In this document: in pieces, positions 38,937 through 48,292 of the stretch
Numbering within the stretch: the first letter of the stretch is position 1
Layout of the letters: each line of letters starts with the position of its first letter
Virus record (IMG/VR): IMGVR_UViG_3300024294_000597
DNA from: a virus
Direction: 5' to 3' (one strand)
DNA length: 64,000 nt
The notes under the pieces: model-generated
The model's database searches: none
What the model was told of the DNA's origin: nothing
The model's input: the letters and a program-made list of their open reading frames with translations, nothing else
Program-made: the position numbers and the translations under genes

Positions 38937-39338
38937 TTATTCTATCGTAATCTTTGCTTTGTTAACTACTAACTTATTATTTTCAGTAATATTTATCATT
39001 GCCATAAACCAATCTTCTGAGATTATATAACTACTTGTATTTGTGCATTGTTCAATCACTTTTTCTAATATACTTTCTTTATAACCTGCAGGGTTAGGGT
39101 CTCCTATAATCACATAGTTGAATTTCTTGTCAGACACTTCGCTATCCCAATAATTGATTGCACCAGGCAAATCATTAGTAGTGTTTAGTGCTATTTTTAT
39201 TCCTTCACCTTCTTCGTATATAGACTTGAATGGGTTAACTGGTTCATTATCTTCGCAAAGTTTAATTACTTCTTTGTACAACATCAGTTTGTATTGGGAT
39301 TGTTTATCCTCTGAAATGATTACTTTTGGTTCATACAT
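38937..39338 (-). CDS. Hypothetical protein
   Basis: Coupled ORF in operon. Confidence 0.55.
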   Translation of the reverse strand: MYEPKVIISEDKQSQYKLMLYKEVIKLCEDNEPVNPFKSIYEEGEGIKIALNTTNDLPGAINYWDSEVSDKKFNYVIIGDPNPAGYKESILEKVIEQCTNTSSYIISEDWFMAMINITENNKLVVNKAKITIE

Positions 39339-39342
39339 TTTT

Positions 39343-40269
39343 TTACTTTGCTATATACTGTAACTCTAGCAATGTTGCACTTAGATTAATTTCAGGGTCA
39401 GCAACTAATGAGTGATTAACTAATCCATCACGAATGCACAATAATGCTTTGCCTTTTTTCATATCATCTTGTCCGAACCAGTCTAAGTTTTCATATAACT
39501 TACGATATACGCCTTCATATTCTTCCGCACGTGCTTTTGATACGATAAGTTTACGTGCTTCCGATACTTTTCCTAATTGAAATAGTGCTACATATTCTAG
39601 TATCCAATCGCTTTCACCACTTTCACCTTGACCAGGTTGTTGCAAAGCACCATCAACAATATTTTGTTGAACCATATTGATACATTTACGTAAATCAGGA
39701 TATGCTGACCTAACATAAACATCAAGTATTTCTAAATCTGGATTAATTCCTTCTGTGATAAGAATTTCAGCAACACGGGCTGTGAATTCATTCGTATCTA
39801 GTTTTTCAATATGATAACCTTGACAACGTGAATGAATTGCTGGAATAACTTTGTTTGGATAATTACATGTTAGAATAAATCTACATGTGGAAGAATATGT
39901 CTCCATCATATTACGTAGAATTGCTTGTGCGTTCTGTGATAGATAATCAGATTCATCTAGTAATACATATTTGAATTCACCACCAAAAGGAAGCGAACTA
40001 GCAAAACCATTAATCTTAGTACGCATTGTATCTACGTTGTTTTCGCTTGATGCATTGATAAACATTACATCACCATCATCAACACCAAGTTCTTTTAACA
40101 AAACTTTCGCTAATGTAGTTTTACCTGTACCTGCTGAGCCTGAGAACAGTAGATGCGGAATCGCTCCACTTTCTACCCAACTCTGTACTTGATGTTTTTG
40201 TTTCTCATCCCTGAAAACATACTGACCTATGTTACTTGGTCGATACTTTTCTACCCACAATTCTTTCAA
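39343..40269 (-). CDS. Sliding clamp loader subunit (RFC/gp44-like)
   Basis: LWVEKYRP, GSAGTGKTT, LLDESD, SRC. Confidence 0.93.
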   Translation of the reverse strand: MKELWVEKYRPSNIGQYVFRDEKQKHQVQSWVESGAIPHLLFSGSAGTGKTTLAKVLLKELGVDDGDVMFINASSENNVDTMRTKINGFASSLPFGGEFKYVLLDESDYLSQNAQAILRNMMETYSSTCRFILTCNYPNKVIPAIHSRCQGYHIEKLDTNEFTARVAEILITEGINPDLEILDVYVRSAYPDLRKCINMVQQNIVDGALQQPGQGESGESDWILEYVALFQLGKVSEARKLIVSKARAEEYEGVYRKLYENLDWFGQDDMKKGKALLCIRDGLVNHSLVADPEINLSATLLELQYIAK

Positions 40270-40381
40270 GTTCTTCTCCGTTTTCGTTTATAAATTTTCT
40301 AGCAATGTCATTGACGGGCTTATCATCTGAAAGCAGTGGCATCCATTCGAATTCTTCCTGCATTTCAGTGTCTTTTGACAT
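40232..40381 (-). CDS. Small hypothetical protein
   Basis: Start placed after TTGACA(40415)-17 nt-TATAAT(40392). Confidence 0.45.
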   Translation of the reverse strand: MSKDTEMQEEFEWMPLLSDDKPVNDIARKFINENGEELERIVGRKVSTK

Positions 40382-40423
40382 TCTTTTGTTTATTATAATT
40401 CCTTTTTTGAACTTTGTCAAGAC

Positions 40424-40843
40424 TTAATCCTCTTTATCCCATGGCATGGGATTATCACGTTGATTATAGTACTCTTTTTTCATTTCAAGCATTGCACGAT
40501 ATGGAACACGATGTTCAAAACAGGCCGCATGTGCGGCTGACATTCTTACGAATCTTTGCCCATCCCTATTCTTGGGACCTACAAACATTTCAATACCTTT
40601 GGCTTTTCCCACCCATTCGTTCTGCCAATGTTCTATCATGTCTTCAAACGCTTCTTTATCCCAATAATACGTCATAGCAAAATTGTCAGAAACTTTTACT
40701 GTCATTTTCAAACGTTCTCGGTGTTTGAAATAGTATATCTTAATATCACTTTCGAATGGTTTAATATAATCAAATTGTTTTGAAAACTTATCCATTCTTT
40801 CAAATAGTGCATCTAAGTTTTCAGATTCTTTATTTACACTCAT
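40424..40843 (-). CDS. Hypothetical protein
   Basis: ATGA-coupled ORF. Confidence 0.6.
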   Translation of the reverse strand: MSVNKESENLDALFERMDKFSKQFDYIKPFESDIKIYYFKHRERLKMTVKVSDNFAMTYYWDKEAFEDMIEHWQNEWVGKAKGIEMFVGPKNRDGQRFVRMSAAHAACFEHRVPYRAMLEMKKEYYNQRDNPMPWDKED

Positions 40844-41031
40844 ATGTAATTTTCTATCCCACTATCTTGACCTAACCATTCTTTAACTTCTTCAATACGA
40901 TGGTATTTTAATGTTTTAGGTCTTTGTTGTTTTATTGTTTCTAAATGTAGTGTTGCTTCTTCCAATGTTTTAAATTTAGCAACCACTACTTCATTTTCAA
41001 CTCTCGGTGTGTAGATGATTTCAAAAGACAT
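40840..41031 (-). CDS. Hypothetical protein
   Basis: AGGA RBS. Confidence 0.55.
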   Translation of the reverse strand: MSFEIIYTPRVENEVVVAKFKTLEEATLHLETIKQQRPKTLKYHRIEEVKEWLGQDSGIENYI

Positions 41032-41040
41032 TTTATATTC

Positions 41041-41253
41041 CTATTCGTCTATTTTTGCAAATTCTGTTACAGGTTTGCCATTCTCATCAAATGTGCGTGT
41101 TTTAACCTTAAGATATCCGTTATTGTGAAGCATGTCAACCATACTTCCAGCACCCTGTTCTCTACCTACGTCCTTGCCCTTCATATATCCCATAACAAAT
41201 AGTATAAGTCCAAAAAGTACAGCAATATATCCTGGGTTTATTCCAAAATCCAT
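41041..41253 (-). CDS. Small single-TM protein
   Basis: GAGGAG RBS; sigma70 promoter upstream. Confidence 0.6.
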   Translation of the reverse strand: MDFGINPGYIAVLFGLILFVMGYMKGKDVGREQGAGSMVDMLHNNGYLKVKTRTFDENGKPVTEFAKIDE

Positions 41254-41312
41254 AAGTTTCTCCTCTGAGTTATATACATAATAATAACACTAAACACATA
41301 AAGTGTCAAGTG

Positions 41313-41741
41313 TTATTTTTTTAGTTTTTCTATTTCTTGTGAATTAGCGGCTATCTTCTCGTCTTGCACTTTGTCTATGAGCGCCTTCATCTTTAATGCT
41401 ACTTCCTCATCTGTGTCAACGTGTAGGTCTTTTTTGATAACTTTCTCTAATTTTAGTACTGGTATTCTTTCATTTGGAACATATCTCCATGTGTATCCTC
41501 TATCAGAATAAACACCAAATACAGTTTGTCTTGCACCAATCTTTACAATCATTGCTAGTTCGCCATCAAGTAGTACTTCATCGCCTTCATTAAATGCAGG
41601 ATCCATTTTGAATTTTAATCCTTTAGCCAATCCTGTAGCAAAGTCTTTAAACCATATGGCAACAACTAAAGATATTAAGACACCAATCCATGGTAGTAAG
41701 AAATCAGATAATTCCATGCTTAGTGAGTTAAGGTCTGTCAT
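41313..41741 (-). CDS. Minimal MscS-like channel protein
   Basis: KDFATGLAKGL...FNEGDEVLLDG...IVKIGARQT...VPN; start at MTDLNS after TATAAATA and GGGAGA. Confidence 0.7.
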   Translation of the reverse strand: MTDLNSLSMELSDFLLPWIGVLISLVVAIWFKDFATGLAKGLKFKMDPAFNEGDEVLLDGELAMIVKIGARQTVFGVYSDRGYTWRYVPNERIPVLKLEKVIKKDLHVDTDEEVALKMKALIDKVQDEKIAANSQEIEKLKK

Positions 41742-41794
41742 TTTGTCTCTCCCATTATAGTCGTATTTATACAATAATTGACATTGACGGCTAT

Positions 41795-41896
41795 TTGACG
41801 GTGTCAATTTTTTGAATGGATTTTATGTCAAATTTATTTTTTTACAATATAATATAATTTACGTAGAAAGCACGTTTCCTGTGTCAATTTTTTGAA
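41795..41896. promoter_or_regulatory. Repeated operator-like motif GTGTCAATTTTTTGAA
   Basis: Exact 16-mer at 41801 and 41881; partial copy at 41825; TTGAC-GGT-GTCAA palindrome at 41795. Confidence 0.5.
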
Positions 41897-42016
41897 CTTA
41901 AATGATAAATATTAACATTGAGTAAAGTTTGTACTTAAAGTATAAATTTACATGGTTAATAACTGAGCATGAATGTATTAAACACTTCATATCTTGGACT
42001 TAGAGGAGACACTTAC

Positions 42017-42607
42017 ATGAGCCTAAAAAAGAAATTTCTTTCTCATAATATTGCCTTGGCAACTATCTTTATTATATTAATGGGTGCTATTAGTATTCCT
42101 GTGTCTGCGGATGCGGATCCTATCGTTACTAATTCTACTAGTAATAGCACAGTTAAGTCTAATAATGATACCGACACTACCGTAAAAAGCCCACCACCTA
42201 GTGCGATATCGCCTTCCATTAATGGAAGTAATTCTGATTTATGTACTGTTGGTGTCAGTGGTGCAGTACAAACACAGATTTTAGGTGTGTCTACCGGGCA
42301 AACTTATAGGGATGCCAATTGTGAAAGGCTCAAACTTTCTAAAACACTATACGACATGGGTATGAAGGTCGCGGCGGTCTCAGTAATGTGCCAAGACCGA
42401 AGAGTGTTTGATGCTATGTCTATGGCAGGTACCCCTTGTCCATATAATGGTAAAATTGGCGAAGAAGCATATGAACTGTGGAAGAAAAATCCACAAGAAA
42501 TGCCTAAAAAGGTTTATGTAGATGATGAAAAGAGAATTGCAAAAGAAGGGATGCGTGAAGGGCTTACTATTGCAGGCGTTCTTGCTTTGCTGGCTTTCGC
42601 TCTGTAA
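42017..42607 (+). CDS. Secreted, C-terminally anchored Cys-containing protein
   Basis: GAGGAG RBS; signal peptide; DLC, NCER, MCQD, TPCP; C-terminal hydrophobic anchor. Confidence 0.7.
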   Translation: MSLKKKFLSHNIALATIFIILMGAISIPVSADADPIVTNSTSNSTVKSNNDTDTTVKSPPPSAISPSINGSNSDLCTVGVSGAVQTQILGVSTGQTYRDANCERLKLSKTLYDMGMKVAAVSVMCQDRRVFDAMSMAGTPCPYNGKIGEEAYELWKKNPQEMPKKVYVDDEKRIAKEGMREGLTIAGVLALLAFAL

Positions 42608-45600
42608 TATAGCATACGCAACCGATACTACTGCACCAGATAATCCAACAACTACTAGTCCAGATACCTTAGATTTAGATGATGGTACCATATCCAATCC
42701 AACATATGGTTGTCCTGCAGGTACCTCTGCGGCATATGTATATGGAAGCGGAAGTTCTGTAAGGTGGGGAGAGTGTCAAAATACATTTGCTATTTCTTAT
42801 GCAATTAACCAAGCACTACAAGGCACAGGCGTAAGTATAGACAAGGTTCACTATCAATGGAAGTATATTCATTGCTTTAATGAACCTGGTAAATTTTGTA
42901 GTGTTGATATTGAAGACAGAGTAAACCTCTCAACAGGTGAGATTACTGATGATACTTATTGGGACGAATTAGTTGTAGTTGTAGAAGTTACAGATTCTAG
43001 TGGTAACGTAGTTGAAACTAAAACATGGACTATGGATACATGGTATGACTGGACATCAAGCAATAGTCACAGTACTAATGAAGTACAAGAAGGTACAACT
43101 GTTTGGCAGATACATGAAGACAATATAGAAATTTACAATCATATAGATAAAGTAGGAACAATACGTACACCAAATGCATTAGGAGATGTTCGTTTTAGAA
43201 TTACTGGATACGATAAAGGTAATTGGGATGGTTATTACGGACCTATCGTAAACGATATAAAAACTTGGTTTACTTATAGAGCAAACCCTTGTAATGATAC
43301 TGCACTTTATGATCCAAGTTGTCCAGGATATGCTACTGCATATGCGGCATGGGAATATGACCAAAATTGTGCCGCTAATGCACTTTATGATCCCGGCTGT
43401 CCTGGGTATTCTACTGCATATTTCAATCAACAGTGTAGTGCAGACCCATTATATGATAGTGGTTGTGATGGCTACGCAGAAGCATATTACAATCAACAAT
43501 GTAGTGCGGATCCACTTTACGATAGTGGATGTGATGGATATGCCGCGGCTTACTTGACTCAACAATGTAATTTAGACCAACATCATAGCAGTGAATGTCC
43601 ATATTATAATTGGGCTATTACTACTGTCACAGCCGGTTGGGGAGAAAATGCGGCAGGACAAGGTAGTGATTTTATTGAAATAGTTAAAGCCTCTAGCACT
43701 GATAGGTGGTGGGCATTATGGTATAACGAATCAGAAATAGACGCAGGCGATTGGGTTGCTAAATGTAAGACTTACGATGATGGATGTGAAGATGCAGTTA
43801 TTAGTAGTATTACTTTTAATTATAGTAATGGTCAGCATTATGCATTTCTATACACAAAAGACACAGATGGTAATACCTTTATCCCTACAAACGGTGACAA
43901 ATATAGATTTTTAACAAAGACACAGTTAGATACATACTGTGATTCGAGTTCACTTTATAGTCCAATGTGTGATGGATATGCGGCCGCATACTTTACACAA
44001 CAATGCACAGCCAATCCACTTTACAACAGTGAATGCGATGGCTATGCGGCGGCTTACTTAGAACAGCAATGTGGTATAAGTGCATTACACTCTACGTCAT
44101 GTTCAGGTTATGCCGCGGCTTACTTGGCTCAGCAATGTAGTTTAAATCCTTTACATGATAGTTCGTGCAGTGGATATGCAACCGCATATTTCAATCAACA
44201 ATGTAGTTTAGATGCTTTATACAACAGCGAATGTCCAGGTTATGACACTGCATATTTCAATCAACAATGTAGTTTAGATGCAACATACAACAGTGAATGT
44301 CCGGGCTATGAAAGTGCTTACTTTACACAACAATGTAATGCAGACCCATTATACAATAGTGAATGTAGTGGATACGATACAGCATATTTTACACAGCAAT
44401 GTACAGCCAATCCACTTTATAACAGTGAATGTAGTGGATACGATACAGCATACTTTAATCAGCAATGTGGATTAAGTGCATTATACAACAGCGAATGTGA
44501 TGGATATGATGAGGCTTACTTGTCTCAACAGTGTGGCATCAACACGTTATATGATAGTAGTTGTGATGGATATGAAGAAGCATATACACTGGCACAGTGT
44601 AATGAGAATCCATTGTATGCTGAAAGTTGCGAAGGTTACGACATATCATATTTCAATCAGCAATGTAGCTTTGACCCACAATATGATACACAGTGTCCAG
44701 GTTATCAAGCACCTGTAGAAGATACTGTTGACCCAGTTGCTATTGATGATGGAATAAGCACAGGTGATGCAGTTGTTGATAGTATTATTGCAACACCAGA
44801 CTTACCAACTGTAAACTTAATACCTGAACTTCCAGCTATTGAAGTTGAGATTTTACCAGTTACTCCAATAGAACCAGAAGTAGTAGAGGTTCCGGTTCCA
44901 GATGCTGTGGAACAAATTGAAATAGAAATTGAAGCAGAGATAGAACAACTTGAAATGGAATTAGAAGTTCCAGAAGACACATCATCAAATGATACAATGG
45001 AACTAGAAGTAGAGACAGAAGAAAGTGAGCCAGAGACAATAGAAGATATAGCAGAGGAAAGTACAGAAAATGAGGACACTAGTGAGGAGTCTACAGAAAG
45101 TAACGAAGAAGAAAGTACAGAAGAAGAAAGTACAGAAGAAGAAAGTACAGAAGAAGAATCAACTGACGAAGAAAATGAATCTGAGGAAAATACTGATGAA
45201 TCTGAGAATGAAGAAAGTGAGGAAGAGTCAGAAGAAGTAGAAGAATCTGAAAGTGAGGAAGAAGCTACAGAAGAAGATGAAGCGGAAGAAGAGTCTGAAA
45301 GTGAAGAATCTGAAACTAAGTCTGATACAAAAACAGAAGCAAAACCTAAGTCTACTAAAAAGCAACCATTAACTAAAGAACAAAAAAGAAAAGCAAAAAT
45401 TAAAAAGATGAAACAAATTATCAAAGATAAACTAAAACAATTAGCAGATGTTATGGGTAAAGCAGTGTCGCTAGAGCAACAACAGGCTCTACAGGCACAA
45501 ATAACTGCACTTATAAATTACGTACCTGGATTCAACGCATATAGCGAATCTTATATACCAGGCAGAGATTTTTATCTACCAGATGATATCTACTTAGATA

Positions 45601-45698
45601 AAAAGATACCGGAAAATCAGAGAGGATTACGCAATGGTTTAGCAAGTGAAATATTACATGAGAAAATGGTTGATATGCAATATGAGGGGATGGAATAA
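42522..45698 (+). CDS. Large secreted protein with 17 C-x9-C repeats and a Glu-rich stalk
   Basis: Signal peptide, ~22-aa repeats, acidic region, basic segment. Confidence 0.8.
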   Translation: MMKRELQKKGCVKGLLLQAFLLCWLSLCNIAYATDTTAPDNPTTTSPDTLDLDDGTISNPTYGCPAGTSAAYVYGSGSSVRWGECQNTFAISYAINQALQGTGVSIDKVHYQWKYIHCFNEPGKFCSVDIEDRVNLSTGEITDDTYWDELVVVVEVTDSSGNVVETKTWTMDTWYDWTSSNSHSTNEVQEGTTVWQIHEDNIEIYNHIDKVGTIRTPNALGDVRFRITGYDKGNWDGYYGPIVNDIKTWFTYRANPCNDTALYDPSCPGYATAYAAWEYDQNCAANALYDPGCPGYSTAYFNQQCSADPLYDSGCDGYAEAYYNQQCSADPLYDSGCDGYAAAYLTQQCNLDQHHSSECPYYNWAITTVTAGWGENAAGQGSDFIEIVKASSTDRWWALWYNESEIDAGDWVAKCKTYDDGCEDAVISSITFNYSNGQHYAFLYTKDTDGNTFIPTNGDKYRFLTKTQLDTYCDSSSLYSPMCDGYAAAYFTQQCTANPLYNSECDGYAAAYLEQQCGISALHSTSCSGYAAAYLAQQCSLNPLHDSSCSGYATAYFNQQCSLDALYNSECPGYDTAYFNQQCSLDATYNSECPGYESAYFTQQCNADPLYNSECSGYDTAYFTQQCTANPLYNSECSGYDTAYFNQQCGLSALYNSECDGYDEAYLSQQCGINTLYDSSCDGYEEAYTLAQCNENPLYAESCEGYDISYFNQQCSFDPQYDTQCPGYQAPVEDTVDPVAIDDGISTGDAVVDSIIATPDLPTVNLIPELPAIEVEILPVTPIEPEVVEVPVPDAVEQIEIEIEAEIEQLEMELEVPEDTSSNDTMELEVETEESEPETIEDIAEESTENEDTSEESTESNEEESTEEESTEEESTEEESTDEENESEENTDESENEESEEESEEVEESESEEEATEEDEAEEESESEESETKSDTKTEAKPKSTKKQPLTKEQKRKAKIKKMKQIIKDKLKQLADVMGKAVSLEQQQALQAQITALINYVPGFNAYSESYIPGRDFYLPDDIYLDKKIPENQRGLRNGLASEILHEKMVDMQYEGME
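43290..44700 (+). repeat. Coding 66-nt tandem repeats (5 + 12 units, YFNQQCxxxPLYNSECxGYxxA)
   Basis: Units counted in the translation; the two blocks are separated by a ~110-aa insert. Confidence 0.9.
45108..45165 (+). repeat. 15-nt coding repeat GAAGAAAGTACAGAA (EEEST)
   Basis: Directly visible tandem copies. Confidence 0.85.
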
Positions 45699-46027
45699 TG
45701 TTAAATTGTTTAGTATTGGGTTTGGCACTTTCAGCACATGTGGGATTAGAAGGAAAATATAACAATCTTCACCCATATGCAATGTGTGAAACCGAAAAGA
45801 CTATTGTAGGAACTTACTATAATAGTTTAGACCGATGGAGTCTTATTGGGGCATATAAATATAGTCTTAATAAAGACCTGTCATTAGATATTGGCGTTGC
45901 CACTGGATATGACTATGATGTTGTACCAATGGCTAGATTAAGATATAAAAACTTATTCGTTATGCCAACTGTTGAAGATGAAGAAAGGACTGGTGTCGTG
46001 TTTGGCATACAGTTTGAATTAAAATAG
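45698..46027 (+). CDS. Small outer-membrane beta-barrel (PagP-like fold, putative)
   Basis: SAH, YYNS, GVATGY, alternating strands, C-terminal FGIQF signal. Confidence 0.55.
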   Translation: MLNCLVLGLALSAHVGLEGKYNNLHPYAMCETEKTIVGTYYNSLDRWSLIGAYKYSLNKDLSLDIGVATGYDYDVVPMARLRYKNLFVMPTVEDEERTGVVFGIQFELK

Positions 46028-46036
46028 GAGCAACTT

Positions 46037-46546
46037 ATGAGTGACAAAACAACAGTAGAAGTTGGTGGAGTTAAATTCACTGGTGGAAAGTTATTTTTAG
46101 TTATAACAATTCTGAGTACACTTGGTGGCGCCGCATGGGGAGGCTTTGAATTTTATAATGACTATAGAAATATGAAAGCCAAGATAGAACGCTATGTAGC
46201 ACCAGACTTAAGTGGAATTAGAGCAGAACTACAAGTAGTTAACACAAAACTTGATGAAGCATTAGACTATTCTAAAGATATTAAAAACGGATTACGTGAT
46301 GATATTGTTAGATTGGAACGTATTGTAGATTCAATAGAAGATGATATTAACAAAGTAGAAGATAATGTACGTGAACAGATTGATTTAGCTGACCAGCGTT
46401 TTGAAAATAAACGTGACCAGTTACTTACAGACTATGAACAAAAAGCAGATAGTTTACGCACAAGCACTGATTTAAAACTTAAAGAACTAGAAACTAGATT
46501 GAATAAACGTTTGCAAAGGGCGTTAGACAATCCATTAGCAAATTAA
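46037..46546 (+). CDS. Single-TM coiled-coil protein
   Basis: TM followed by heptads; AGGAG RBS. Confidence 0.7.
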   Translation: MSDKTTVEVGGVKFTGGKLFLVITILSTLGGAAWGGFEFYNDYRNMKAKIERYVAPDLSGIRAELQVVNTKLDEALDYSKDIKNGLRDDIVRLERIVDSIEDDINKVEDNVREQIDLADQRFENKRDQLLTDYEQKADSLRTSTDLKLKELETRLNKRLQRALDNPLAN

Positions 46547-46550
46547 TAAT

Positions 46551-46628
46551 TGGTCGGGGTGGTAGGATTCGAACCTACGCTCTCCTGGTCCCAAACCAGG
46601 CGCTTTAGCCAGACTAAGCTACACCCCG
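46551..46628 (-). tRNA. tRNA-Pro(TGG)
   Basis: CGGGGTGTAGCTTAGTCTGGCTAAAGCGCCTGGTTTGGGACCAGG...ACCA. Confidence 0.95.
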
Positions 46629-46632
46629 ATAA

Positions 46633-46977
46633 TTATGGTAAACAAGGTTTAATAGAATTCTTATAATACAAAACCGTTTTATCATTTGTTGTTTCTACAC
46701 GATGGATTACCGATTCTTTTGGTCGTCCAAAACATTTATTCAAACTTTGACCTGGAAAACGATAACGAGTATTCATTTTTAGAAACTCCCACTGTTTTGC
46801 ATTTCGAATTCTAATATTCTCATTTCTTTTGCTATCAATACAAAAAGCAACATCTGACAAGTTATCATAATCAGCCATACACTTTTTTGCAATAAAGTTT
46901 TTAGCATCCGCGCCCGTAGAGATTAGTAAACACGTAATCAATACGGTTGCAAATTGAGCCGATAATTTAGTATCCAT
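46633..46977 (-). CDS. Secreted hypothetical protein
   Basis: Signal peptide and Cys pairs. Confidence 0.55.
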   Translation of the reverse strand: MDTKLSAQFATVLITCLLISTGADAKNFIAKKCMADYDNLSDVAFCIDSKRNENIRIRNAKQWEFLKMNTRYRFPGQSLNKCFGRPKESVIHRVETTNDKTVLYYKNSIKPCLP

Positions 46978-47135
46978 TATTCAGGCTCCACCCAAGGATA
47001 ACAAGGAATAATACTTTGCTTACAATAACGAGCATTATCTACCAATAGGAATGGAACTCCTACAATAAAGAACAAAATAATAGCAAATGCTTTACCTAGT
47101 CCTTTTAGTGTGCAATAATTAGTTTGTTCACTCAT
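46977..47135 (-). CDS. Small membrane protein
   Basis: Start at MSEQTN; one TM. Confidence 0.5.
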   Translation of the reverse strand: MSEQTNYCTLKGLGKAFAIILFFIVGVPFLLVDNARYCKQSIIPCYPWVEPE

Positions 47136-47556
47136 GTTCGCCACCTCGGCCTCGACCAAAGCCACCAAAATATTGTGGCTTGCGTTTTGCTGTTTCGAAT
47201 GTTGCTACAGTAATAGCAATGGCACCAAGTAATAGTGTATGTAGCATCATACTGAACACTCCTGCCCACATGCTACCTACAATAATAGCAAATACAATAC
47301 ACCACATCCATGCTAATACTTGCATAATCATATGTCGTGTACTAAAATCTGGAATATTACTTAGTGGATTCTTTTCGTGATCCATTACTACATTCCAACT
47401 GTTAAAAATAAATTCTCTCATTGATATTACCTTTCTAAATATTATCTTTGTAGGATAATGAGCATCCATATCATCACGATATTCAATCGCATCATGTACA
47501 TCATGGAATTCTTGGGATATTTTTTTATCCTTAAACCATGCCGTTACTTTATACAT
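47128..47556 (-). CDS. Membrane protein (NPLSNIPD...QVLAWMWC family)
   Basis: Two TM; AAGGA RBS. Confidence 0.6.
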   Translation of the reverse strand: MYKVTAWFKDKKISQEFHDVHDAIEYRDDMDAHYPTKIIFRKVISMREFIFNSWNVVMDHEKNPLSNIPDFSTRHMIMQVLAWMWCIVFAIIVGSMWAGVFSMMLHTLLLGAIAITVATFETAKRKPQYFGGFGRGRGGEHE

Positions 47557-47573
47557 CTATTATCCTTTCTTCT

Positions 47574-47647
47574 TGGCATCGGTGCAGGGAGTCGAACCCC
47601 GGCTTACAGTTTTGGAGACTGTCGTGCTACCGTAACACTTCACCGAT
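47574..47647 (-). tRNA. tRNA-Trp(CCA)
   Basis: ACAGTCTCCAAAACTGT anticodon arm; GGTTCGACTCC; CCA end. Confidence 0.93.
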
Positions 47648-47653
47648 AAATTT

Positions 47654-47730
47654 TGGTAGACCCCGCCGGACTTGAACCGACACTCGACCCGTTATGAGCG
47701 GGTGGCTTTAACCAATTAAGCTAGAGGTCT
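47654..47730 (-). tRNA. tRNA with CAT anticodon, probably Ile2 (lysidine)
   Basis: CCCGCTCATAACGGG arm; lacks initiator features; resembles bacterial tRNA-Ile2. Confidence 0.85.
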
Positions 47731-47737
47731 ATAATAT

Positions 47738-47815
47738 TGGCCTCCACTAGAGGACTCGAACCTCTGACCTAGTGCTTAGAAGGCACTTGCTCTAATCCAA
47801 CTGAGCTAAGTGGAG
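47738..47815 (-). tRNA. tRNA-Arg(TCT)
   Basis: AGTGCCTTCTAAGCACT arm; CCA end. Confidence 0.95.
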
Positions 47816-47823
47816 AAATTAAA

Positions 47824-47898
47824 TGGTACACCCTACGAGAATCGAACTCGTCTTTCCAGGTTGAAAACCTGGCGTCCTAACCGATAGACGAAGGGTGC
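47824..47898 (-). tRNA. tRNA-Glu(TTC)
   Basis: CCAGGTTTTCAACCTGG arm; CCA end. Confidence 0.95.
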
Positions 47899-47906
47899 GT
47901 AATGAT

Positions 47907-47993
47907 TGGTGCCTCCTCCCGGACTCGAACCGGGACGCTTTTAAAGGCGAGAGATTTTAAGTCTCTTGTGTCTACCTATTCCACCAAGGAGGC
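47907..47993 (-). tRNA. tRNA-Leu(TAA)
   Basis: AGAGACTTAAAATCTCT arm, long variable arm, CCA end. Confidence 0.95.
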
Positions 47994-47998
47994 TAAAC

Positions 47999-48292
47999 TT
48001 AAACATCTTCCTCCATTGGTTGTTCGGTTGAAATCGTATGCATCTTCATAATGATGAAGTCTATATCATCGGGTGTTAATCCCTGTCGAACTGTATTATC
48101 TTTTTCTGTAATACCTGGTAGTTCGGTTAGTTCATCATTTACCAATGCACCAATTTCGTAAAGTGGTTTATGGGATTCTTTAATGACACTTAGTGCATAT
48201 TTAGAACCAAAGTTAATACGAGTACGCATTATGCGACCAGAATTATCTGATTTAAATGTTAGGTCACTAAATTTTAAACGAGATTTAAGCAT
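47999..48292 (-). CDS. Hypothetical early protein
   Basis: Start moved to MLKSRL, overlapping the upstream stop. Confidence 0.55.
   Translation of the reverse strand: MLKSRLKFSDLTFKSDNSGRIMRTRINFGSKYALSVIKESHKPLYEIGALVNDELTELPGITEKDNTVRQGLTPDDIDFIIMKMHTISTEQPMEEDV

Noticed and set aside
41795-41807. FNR/FixK box
   Set aside because: TTGAC-N3-GTCAA does not match TTGAT-N4-ATCAA in spacing or sequence
43290-44700. 66-nt periodic repeats as a CRISPR array
   Set aside because: They are in-frame coding repeats with synonymous variation, with no constant-repeat/unique-spacer pattern and no cas genes
44705-45424. 239-aa Ser-rich minus-strand ORF
   Set aside because: Mirror of the Glu-rich GAA coding tract on the plus strand
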